Origin: Takakia lepidozioides
Lineage: Eukaryota; Plantae; Bryophyta
NCBI GenBank assembly: GCA_030704615.1
Contig: CM060733.1
Span: 37,634,001 to 37,698,000, forward strand
Direction of reading: 5' to 3'
DNA: 64,000 nucleotides
The notes under the pieces were generated by a model. It saw nothing but the letters and a program-made list of their open reading frames with translations. It searched no databases and had not been told where the DNA came from. The position numbers and the translations under genes were made by a program. Of the stretch, positions 12,029-22,929 are shown in pieces (the first letter of the stretch is position 1; the number at the start of each line of letters is the position of its first letter).

Positions 12029-13119
12029 ACACAACAAATTAGGGTTAAGGACTTATGAGGTCTGGAGCTCTATGTTTAGTGTAATACTATATATGCTTGC
12101 AACATATAGTTAGGGAGGTTAAAGTCATTCATGTTTCTTCCATATGTGACTTAGATTAGCATACATCAATGACTAAGGTTATAAGGCTCACAGTAATGGA
12201 TGTTTGCAGTCAATAACAAAGTTTAATCCTAAATTAGGACAATATCCATTAATACACTGTGATACCACAAAATCAAACATCATACAAAATAAAGACTATA
12301 GTCCAAAATGGCTGTAAAATACAAACAAATTGTTGTGTTAAGCCAAATTCAATTGAATGTCGTTCAAATCGCAAGCTACGTATTTGCAAATAATTGCAAT
12401 TGCAAAAAATAACAAGATTTCAAAACAACCAAAAAAAGGGAAAAAAAAATAAAAATATGAAGAATCACAATTAAGAGGACCAGAATTGGTTCAGAAAAGG
12501 GGAAAAAATAAAACGGGCATCATAACATTCATGTTGCCATCACATTCATATATTGGGGTCACATTCACTCAAATATTTTACAAAATCCGTTTAGAGTCAT
12601 ATGGCGTCGCAATTGAATACAGAAAATTGCATTGGAGACTTTGTAATGTCAAGCATAAAAATCAAAATTGCATATAGATGTATAAACTTCATAATAAAAA
12701 TACATGTTGACATATAACTCATCACTCCACATAAATCCCATGTATAACTTGCTTTTACACCCTCCACCCTCATATTCGTGCCGAACCACCATTGCCCAGG
12801 GACATAGAGAAGAAAGAGTATAATAAGATGTAATTATGTCAATGAAAATCTAGAGTAGGTTGTAGGCTGTTTTAGCCATGTACTAGAGCACTATTGATGT
12901 ATGTTGGCACGCTCACTCGGTGTACTATCAAAACTACCGTCAAGTCCCTTCTCCTTCCACACTTCCACATTATCGGTAATTGCCGCCAGCGCCCCCTACC
13001 GCCTAACACTTCCTGCCGAGTCTCCCTCCCTGATCCTAGTCCTCCTACTACGTTGTCAGCGGTCACGGCGGAGTCCACACAGCGTCACAGCGGTGACGAT
13101 ATGATGTAGCTTCTACAAC

Positions 13120-14060
13120 GACATATTTTTTGAAAAGAATATCCACCCTGAGAGTGCCCACTGATTATGCTGGTGCGTTCTCCAAGAATGTGCCATATAA
13201 CAAGTTGTCTAACATGAAATGACTACCATGTCATGATGCAGCAAATTCTACCAGCGGGCATTCGTGGGCTAGTGGCTAAGGGTCCGAGGGTGAATCGTGT
13301 TTTCCGGAAATTGTGTGCAATTGATCCTTGTACGCTACCTGCCCAAAAGGAAGATGTTGCTATGACTATGTGCTTGCTTGAGAGGGAATTCCCTCTATCA
13401 TTTTTTGATGTGATGACTCATTTGCTTATACACCTTGTGGAGGAATTGGAGGTGAGTGGTCCTATCCCTCCCCGTTGGATGTACCCCATGGAGCGATACA
13501 TGAAGATATTGAAGGGGTATGTAAGGAATCTGGCACGACCAGAAGGCAACATGGCAAATGGTTATGCATTGGATGAGGCCCTTGGATTTTTGACTGAGTA
13601 TATGACAGACTTCAATGCTATCACCCGAAGGGTGTGGGACTGTAATGAAGATGAATCAGCTATGACTGGTGAGGTGCTTGAAGGGTGGAACTCTAAAACA
13701 TTTGTCTCTTTCAGAACGAGATAGTGCCCACAAATATGTTTTGCACAATACTGAGTGCATGACACCATTCCTTCGGTAAGCAACTTCCTACTTTGTAGAC
13801 ATTGTCCTAATGCCTTTGCAGATATGATGATATTTCATATTTGAAATGCCTTTTTCAGATCTGCATATCTTCATTTCAGGTGGTATTGTGCCTCTTCATA
13901 TTTGCAATTTATCATTTCTTTGTCAGATGTGTAAATTTATAGCACCCATATGTTTGACCAGAAGTTTCCTATCTAATGTGCAAAACAGGGCCTACGCGGA
14001 AGAGAAGGCTGCCATCGAATTATCCCGGGAACAATTCAGGAATGATTTCTTCTGTGGACA
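13120..14060 (+). mobile_element. CACTA TnpD C-terminal (DUF4218-like) fragment; a CACTA-type terminus lies at 14832-14843
   Basis: HVMMQQILP...LEREFPLSFFDVMTHLLIHLVEE...GPIPPRWMYPMERYMKILKGYVRNLARPEGNMANGY. The downstream CTTTTTGTAGTG is the reverse complement of CACTACAAAAAG. Confidence 0.9.
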
Positions 14061-17000
14061 ACCCCAAACTAACAGTAATATATGAAGGTCAATTCCATAC
14101 CTACTGGATATGTAATTGTTGCCTTCATAAAGAGAGACCGATTACTTTCCATCCCAGAACTCTTGGGAGATGCCGCTTTTTCGAAATACATTGTTTCACC
14201 CCGAAATCAAATGCTGAACAATAACGAACGCACATAAAATGAGATTTTCCAATACCCGGTGTATTTGAATCCCACGAATCCGAAGAGTTCTAAACACAAA
14301 AAAGTTTAAGAAATTGACCCATCATCTCATCCAAGTAAACCAAAAGGCACGAAAAAATGTAAAACGAGTGGAGGTGTTTTTAACTCAATTGACATTAATG
14401 TAATTAGAATACTTTTTTTATCCAAGTAAAATCCCCAAATACCTATGTACACACTGCCTGGAGTTCCGAAGTGCGACTAAAATACTCATCTTTCGCTCTT
14501 ATCTGGTGGGTAATTTTCTACCATACTATACCTATGTGTTTTCAAAGAGGCGATTGTTGTAGAGGCCGGCTCTGTCACATATTTATAATTTCAATCCATC
14601 CCTGAAAGTGGGAAATGAATATAACCAAACCTATAGGTTCGATGAAGTTTGTAGGTTCGGCACCCATAAGGTGGCTTGGATATAGGCTTGGATTAGGCTA
14701 GGGCTTGGTCCTTCAATGGCAGACCACACATACATAGTATAATATGTGGTTCACTAGAGAACTACATGATGTCAAACGTAATTGTTTTCAACATAAAATA
14801 TATTTTTAATCAAAATGACATAAATATTGAACTTTTTGTAGTGTAAATGTAGAACGTTGTCCCTAGTAGTGTGGAGCAACGCAATGACATCCAATATGCC
14901 TTTATGTTGTTATAATATTATATTATTCCCATACCACCACGTGGGTCTTCGCTTTTTTTCTTCTTTTTCTTTGAGAGTTTTTAATACCAGTCAGTTCTAA
15001 CTATTTCAGAAAAACATGATTTTGATACCAATCGGTTCTAAATACCAGGTCAAAATCTCAATACCTAGGCAAGTCAAGTAGTATTACTCCGATATTAACC
15101 AGTTATCCACCTAGTATTGGCTTGGATATTAGAATGCTTTTCTGTCCAATGATACCAAAATGGTAGGTTCATTATCTAGGTATTAGAACTCTTCCTACCA
15201 GCGGGGTTGGTTTGATGGGGTTGGTTTGATTATAACAATGTTAACACCATGGATTGATACTACAGAAAACCATATATACCAAAATGGGATTGTTTTGAAG
15301 CCACGACCACTTCTAAGGCGGCCATATGCTCTAACTAGTGGGCCATCCGTTGGATGTTTTACATCCACCAATTACGACTGTGGCACGATGATATTTGCAG
15401 TCATAACTAGTAATTGCTACTATTGGAGTGTATTGGAAACATACCAAGTTACAAAGGCTTCATTTGTCTTCCTGAAGTTTCACGCAGATACGGCTATACT
15501 CATACGGCTATACTCATACATTGGTATGCCATTTGTCCATGTTGTGTGGAGAGTTTGGCAATAAACAAAACCACAATGCAAACTTTAATACAAATTTCAT
15601 CTGTTGGTGACCACATACATATCAACGGCAACAAAAGGAAGGAGAATCCACACCACGATGAGAGACAAATTGCAAGTGCATCATCCATGTAGTTATCCAT
15701 AAACTCACTTATAATCTTGGCTTTCATAATCTCCATAAGTTTTTCGGATCCAATGCTATCGGCATGGACATTGTAAACATCTTGCTTCTAAGATGAATGC
15801 AACGGATCCATGATGGTATGTGAGCCCCAAAGCTTCAATATGCACATTGCTGATCATCACAGACCATACAAACCATGTCTTTTCCATGCCTCCAAAGAAA
15901 TGGCAAACACCTCCCAGAAATTAGAATTCTCCTATCATTTTGAAAGCAAAAAGAGAAAGAGAGAAAGAAGTGCGTTTGAAATTTCAAACTAATAGACAAT
16001 GGGAGGAGCAATGCACAGTTGCATAGGGCTTTCGCATTGCAATTGTACCCAGTCGACATACGATTTAGTTAGTGAATATCATTTAATGTACATGACAATT
16101 GATCTTCAATGTGCACACCACTGCATCATTTTGCACCAGAGGATCATGATAGACATTAGATTAAATGCTCTATACACATGAACCATTCAAGTCCCACACT
16201 ATTTGCAAGTATTAACAGACGTGGGACTCCCCCTCAAAATGTCTTCAGAGATTTTGGGCATAGAGTAATTAGCATTCTCATAAAAAAACAAGTGTTTTTT
16301 CAAAACAATGTGGTGACAGGGTTTCTGGCCATCCACTGGCTGGAAACTTTATACTAAAATATGCATGAAATTCATGCATGGGAAATTACATTTGAGACTG
16401 GGGCTTCCCCTTCTCAATCTTTAATTTTACAGCAGCCTTTTGTTTGTTGGGGGGTTGAAGAAGGGCCATGATCCTGGCCAATGCCACCTCATCTTTAAAT
16501 CAAAGAGGAAGAAAAAAAAAAGATGACACCTCCCCAAGGAAGTGTAAGTTATGGTGTCTCTTCATCCCCAAGACTACTCCTCATCCGTTGAAAGGTGGAC
16601 ACTTTGAACCCAGAGCACCTAGGTCATGCACAAGGCACAAAACTCCCAACCACTGGGCAACCTGCTCTAGTGTTTAGAGGGGAAAAAATAACCTCTTTTC
16701 TGAGCCATAGAAGCACATAGGAGGGGCTCCCAAAGGCAGAACAAGGCTTTGAGCCATAGACCTACAGGCCCATGGAGAAGCGGTCATATACCACTGCCAT
16801 TTTTATTTTTTATTTTTTATAAAGGTCTGAGATAGACCAAAATATATTGATGAGGAAAAAATACCCTCACATGAAAGGCCATGGAGGCTGAGAAAGGACA
16901 CCGCCCCGTAACTAGTAACAGCAGGCTAGGGAGGTACTAGAAAAGGAAGCAAGATGATAGGATGGAAGGTGCAAAGGTGTAAGATCAACTAGAAATGCAT

Positions 17001-17126
17001 GTGGCAAAGAGGAAGAAGTGCAGTTCTAAAAACTACCTCTCTTTCATTTAGGGGCCTCGAAAGAGAGCTGTGCCTTAGATTTCCCTTTTCTAAAACTACT
17101 CCCATGTCTCCAGTTGATGTCGGATT

Positions 17127-17362
17127 TTTTTTTAATTAATATATAAATGTTTAAAAGAGAAACACCTGGGAGCGACAGCTCACAAATCAGGCCCCTTGAT
17201 AATGAGAGGAGAAAATAACCTCTTTCATAGTAACCTCGCCATGAATGCACCCGAACGGGACACCGCCCAAGGGAAAGGGGGAGAAGAACATACCACACCT
17301 GTCAAGATAGTAGGATTTGATCCCAGAATCATCCGGGTGGCACTCAGTGCACTATCTAACTG
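17127..17362 (-). mobile_element. tRNA-derived SINE, copy 1
   Basis: Minus strand: A-box-like agctcagttagatagtgc, B-box-like gggatcaaatcc, ~170-bp body and an A-rich tail. Flanked by a 15-bp direct repeat with 2 mismatches (17112-17126, 17363-17377). Confidence 0.75.
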
Positions 17363-17751
17363 AGCTGGTGTCGGATTCATTTCCACCACTGTTCTTTTTT
17401 TTCTTAAATATGTTTTTGATGCAGTCTCATGATTCCAATTATTTATTTTGAAAGATTTGTTTTTTATATATTCGGACACAAAATGTTGAATCTTGGGCAA
17501 GGGGTGTTGGAAAGCTCTCAATCTGGGCTACAATCTTCCTGTTGGCTCTTCAATTGGAGCTGCTTGAAAAGAGGGGTTTTGTAGGTAACTGAAAGGGGAA
17601 AAAACCTTGCCATGCTCACATATATATATATCGTCCTCGTCGCCCATTTGGACCAATTCAATGGACCACTTTAAAAACAATATTTCGATCATCCATACCG
17701 TGACAAGAGACAACCTATGTTACATTAGTGAAATATCCAAGGACCAGTTCT

Positions 17752-18000
17752 ACATAGTTGCTCTGTCGGATAGAGCAATGAATGCCACCCGGTGACCCTG
17801 GATTCAAGTCCTGCTACTGATGGGTGTGGATTCAAGTCCTGCTACTGATGGGTGTCTCGTTATCTTCTCCCCCTTCCCTTGGGGGGTGTTCCATCTTGGC
17901 GCCTCATGGCGAGGTTATTTCCTCCTCCCACTGTAATTAAGGGACCTGCTTTGTGAGCTGTTGCTCCCAGGTGTTTCCCTTTTAAAGTAAAATAAAATGT
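17752..18000 (+). mobile_element. tRNA-derived SINE, copy 2, with tandem-duplicated B-box
   Basis: ttgctctgtcggatagagc...ggattcaagtcc. A 28-bp unit is duplicated (17799-17826, 17827-17854). The body aligns to the reverse complement of copy 1 (ttctcccc.ttcccttggg...catggcgaggtta...tttgtgagctg.tgctcccaggtgttt), followed by an A-rich tail. Confidence 0.75.
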
Positions 18001-18162
18001 CTGTGAATTATAAAAGATACTAAAATACAATGTACAAAAAACTCTCACTGTGCTGTCTCCAATATGCAGACAAATCCAGTCTGTGCATAATCGATGACAA
18101 GTTACCGCCTTTTCTGCCATGCCCTTTGAAGCATTGAAAATTCTTCAAGCATCTTGCTTGTT

Positions 18163-21100
18163 TCACCAGTAATCCCCACAAGAACACACCCCATCTTGGA
18201 AGTGGTGAAAGCGGGTGGCATCCCGTAGAAGAAGTGTTCGCCGAACAATCTTTGAGATGAACTTGGTGGCGGTGTGGCAGTCACCACAAACCCGAAGGTT
18301 TTTGATGACGTGGATAGGTGTCCCAGTGGGGGTGCTGATGAGCCCAAAAGCAATGGCCAGCTTCTCACTGTGGTGGCAAAGAGAAAATTCTTTCTGCTCC
18401 TCCTCCACGTCATGCAATACAAAGGTGGTGTCAGGAACGTAACCGGCCTCTTTCATCAGCACAGACAATCTCTTGAGCTCAGCATGGATTTCCTCAATTT
18501 GTGGATGCAATTTGTCTTCCACAACAAATGTATGCACCTGGTTGTCCACCTCAATGCAGCTATGTCCTGGCACCTTTTTGACACCCCTGTCCTCCATCAT
18601 TCTTCTGACCTTTGCGTTATCATCCCACCTTCCAGCCGCAGCATAGATATTTGATAGCAGCACATAAGTGGTAGCCTCCTGTGGATCCAAATCCATGAGG
18701 CATTTGGCCGCACGTTCTGCTCGCTCCACATCACCATGAATTCTGCAGGCACCCAGTAATGCCCCCCAAACCGAAGCACTTGGTTCAACTGATAATTTGT
18801 TGATGAAATCCTCTGCCTCATCCAATCGCCCTGTACGGCCAAAAAGGTCCACCATGCAGCTATAATGTTCGCCTGTAGGTGTGAGGCCATGCTCTCCTCT
18901 CATGGAATCAAAGTAGTGTCGGCCTTCATCCACTAGGCCCATGTGGCTACATGCAGAGAGAAGAGAAATAAATGTGATACCATCTGGCTTCAAGCCTTCT
19001 TTCTGCATTTGTTCAAATAGTTGGAGAACCTCGCTACCACACCCGTGCTGACCATATGCTGCCATCATCGCACTCCATGAGACCACATCTCTTTCAGCCA
19101 TATTGTTGAACACTTCACGGGCATCATTCATGCTCCCGCATTTGGCATACATATCAACAATGGCTGTCTCCAGGTTAATATCTGGTGTCATCTCAGCTTT
19201 GGTGATTTTGGCATGGACGTCTTTGCCCTTCTCTAGGGCTGCCAAGCTGGCACAGGCATTGAGGACTGAAATGAAGGTGACCTTGTTAGGCATCTCCCCC
19301 TCTCGTATCATTTGCTCATAGATCTCGAAAGCCTCCCTGCCACACCCATGCTGAGCATATCCTGCTAACATTGCACTCCATGAGACCACATCTCGTTGAG
19401 CTATTCTGTCGAACACTTGTCGAGCATCCATTATGCTCCCACATTTGGCATACATGTCAACCAGGGCATTCTCCAGCATGGTATCTGGTGCAATTCCACT
19501 TTTGCTGATGTCCGCATGTATCTCTTTGCCTTTTTCGAGAGCTGCTAGGCTGGCACACGCATTGAGTACACAAATGAATGTGACCTTATTGGGCCTCTGC
19601 CCTTCCAGTCTCATGTTCTTGTAGATCTCAAAAGCCTCCCTCCCACATCCCTGCTGGGCATATCCTGCTATCATTGCACTCCATGAGACCACATCTCGTT
19701 GGGCCATGTTGTCAAACACTTGACGGGCATCCTCCATGCTCCCACATTTGGCGTACATACCAGCAAGGGCAGTCTCCAAATTTACATATGGCGCAATTCT
19801 AGCTTTGATGATATCAGCATGGACTTCTCTGCCCTTGTCCAGGGCTCCTAGGCTGGCGCAGGCATTGAGGACGCAAATGAATGTGACCCTATTAGGCATC
19901 ACCTGTTCCTGTTGCATTCGCTCGTATATCTCTAAAGCCTCCCTACCAAACCCATGCTGAGCATATCCTGCGATCATTGTGTTCCATGAGACCACATCTC
20001 GCTTAGCCATTTTGTCAAACACTTGATGTGCATCATTCATGCTCCCACATTTGGCATACATGTCAGCAAGGGCAGTCTCAAGGATGATATCTATCCCAAT
20101 TCCAGCTTTGATGAGGTCAGCATGGACCTCCTTGCCCTTTTCCAGGGCTCCTAGGCTAGCACATGCATTGACCAAGCAAATGAATGTGACCTTGTCAGGA
20201 GTTACCGCTTTCTGTTGCATTTGCTCATATATCTCACACGCCTCCCTACCACGGCCATGCTTGCCATATGCGGTTATCATTATATTCCACGTAAACAGAT
20301 TTCGTCTAGCCATATTGTCGAAGACTTGCCGTGCATCGACCACATTCCCGCATTTTGCATACATGTTGACAAGAGTGTTGAGTAGAAAGATGCTTGGTTT
20401 GAGTCCACTTTTGGTAATGTGGCCATGCACCTGCCTTCCCTCTGCTAGGCTTTTCGCATTGATACACGCCTGCAAGACACAGACATACGTGTCGGAGTTT
20501 GCCTGAATGTCTTGTCGGTCTAAAATGTGCAGGGCCTCTTTCAGTTGTCCTGCCTTGCATAGTGTCCTGACATCCTCGCAAGAGCCAGAAGAGTTCTTGT
20601 TCACTCCCTCTGTCGGTCCTTCAAGCAAGGCTGATTGTGGGTGATACTCAAATTTGTGCACAGCTCTTTTTTGACTAGACTCTGTCCTTTGACTAGCATC
20701 ACCAGATCGTGCTCCACCTTGTATCATGGCAGCTAGCTCTGCTTTCGCCCATGGAGGGTTCGACCAACCATCAATCCATAGGGCCTCATTTGTGCACTTA
20801 TGTCTGAAGTCTGGTGATCTTGGACTTTTCTGCAAAATACAGCTGAGCAGCCATGGCTTCAGCAACAGCCTCACGTAGGCCAGGTTACACTCGCCAAAGC
20901 TCCAGGCATCTCTCAAATAACGTACAACAACCATGAACAACCCTATCTCATGGATTGGATGTACAATCTATTGATAGCAGTAGTCAGGTCCAACTTTGCG
21001 TGAAGAATTGTCATCAACCGAAGCAATTGATGAGATCCAGTCCACAAAACATAATCATGTCACCTTTGATTACAAGCACTCCTTGACAAACTTTCATGGC

Positions 21101-22036
21101 CTAAATTAAGATAGCCTCACCTTGTCAAACCTTTTGTCCCACCACTGTGAAGGATCTGAGAAGAACTCCTGCCACAGCTGTTCTTTGCTTATTTCTTGTC
21201 CGGCATGTGAACACCATTGATCTTCAGAAGCTGCTAAGGGTGTCATGGAAGACTGCTAGAATCAGTATTCCTCCCTCTGTCTGTCTGTCTGTCTCACACA
21301 CATATACAGCAAAGAGTAGCTCAGTGCGACTAGGCCCTCCATCTAGGGCGTGCCACCACTGCCCCTACCTCGGAGTGACTGGCAATTATGGCTCTGCACT
21401 GCTCCAGAGGCACCACATCAACGTTCGTGTTGAACTCAGCAGGGAGTTTCGTGGGCTGTGTGCCAGCCGTCATGCCTCTCACCAAAGCTAGGCATCCACA
21501 GGGGCTTAGACCCAAGTGTTCTATATTCATTCTGTTCTGTTCTTCGTCCCATAAGCTATCTGAGCTTCCCATGCAGGTTACAACTCTGTTCCTTTTCTCG
21601 CAATTGAATGGAGAGAGAGGATTATCAGAAGTTTCAGGATTCCAGGAGGTTCTGAAGGAGTCAAGGGTTTCATCACACGAACGTTTCCTCTATAGCTCTT
21701 GTATGACAATGTAGGGAAATTCTCAAACCACAATGTGTGCAGTCGCTGATGGTAGCCTTAATCACTCCGACGCACAAAGTTTACATGACCCCGAAAACGA
21801 AGAGCTAGGTGCGTGCTTCTACCTTTCTTCGGTTTTCCTGCAGGTTGGGTAGCCGTCACAACCCGCACTTGCAAGGGTATCGCGCCCGGCCTTGCCAAGG
21901 TGGATGCCCAGTTCAGCTCCACAGCTTGGCCATTCACTCTGCCGCCTGATGTGATGCTTTCCGCCCAATCGCCGCAAGAGGAAGACGTGGCTGCCGCCTG
22001 CCCGCTCCGGAGAGCGATGGAGCTCGCTGCCATCAT
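18163..22036 (-). CDS. PLS-class PPR protein with E1-E2-DYW (PG-type) deaminase domain, an organellar C-to-U RNA editing factor. Proposed exons: 22036-21823, 21487-21369, 20829-18163 (about 999 aa)
   Basis: The open 925-codon frame 20940-18163 has 17 L/S/P motifs, a PG box (KKVPGHSCIEV), HSEKLA, CGDCH and a terminal DYW. Two upstream GT-AG exons join in phase and give a Ser/Ala-rich N-terminus. The main ORF is certain; the 5' exons are inferred. Confidence 0.93.
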
Positions 22037-22929
22037 TGTGATCCCGCTCTAAGCAGCCTGATGCATCAGCACCATACCAACGCATCGTCTCTTCTACGAG
22101 AAGACGACATTTTGTGGGCTGTAGTGCTGATGCCCTTGCACTATCCTTCGGGATGGGTTATGTATGGATGGGTGTATCTCCGCGGATGAGTCGGGCATAA
22201 AATGAGTCGGGCATGATGATGTTCCAGAGAACGGATCAAGACAAGAAAAAGACAGAGAGATTGTAGCTCGACAGCGTCCACGTACTTAGAGAGAGATGGG
22301 TTGGTTTTCCGTGCCTTGGAAGACGCCCAGGTGCAGACTTGGACGATCACTCTTCTCAGACTGCCACAATTCTTCCATTGCCAACCATGTCTCATCCGGC
22401 AGCTAGAGCTTCACTGTAGATTTCACTACATGCAATTCCTCAGGCCGTGCTACACCACCATTGTGAAACGCATGTAGCAAATTCAAGGGGATATTACGGC
22501 TGTCAATTTGCAGGGGGGGCGTATCGTGGCAAGGATGAGCAGGAGATTGCATTCTCACACATGACGACCGTCTTTGCAACTGAGCTGGAGTAGTCAACAT
22601 GGGGGCTGAATTTTTTTCTCTGAGGCTATGTCCCAGAGACTTGACTGGCGTGGGGTGGTGATGCACACACTGGTGGATTCTTCTCTGTAACGTGATTCCA
22701 AGCACACATCTGTAGGCCGAACTGTGAGATGTGGCAATCACTTCGTGAGCTCATGTGCCCCTTTCTGGGTGTGATTAGTGCGTATAAAGCTTGAACGAAT
22801 TGAGTAGGACAAGGCTACATTGGTGTGTGTTCAGTCTGTGTGCCTGGAAGTCATGAAGAGAGCACTGCAGAGGGCCTCATGCCGCAAGACTATTGCGGTG
22901 ATGTCCCTGGTTAGTCACATGTGACGTTC

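Noticed and set aside
15226-16181. Cluster of short ORFs
   Set aside because: There are no recognisable motifs, and likely frames contain many stops.
18163-18570. U-to-C (DYW:KP) editing factor
   Set aside because: The domain has a PG box, HSE and a terminal DYW, which is the canonical C-to-U type.
18215-20506. Repeated plus-strand ORFs (MLPHLAY...)
   Set aside because: They are antisense shadows of the PPR repeats.
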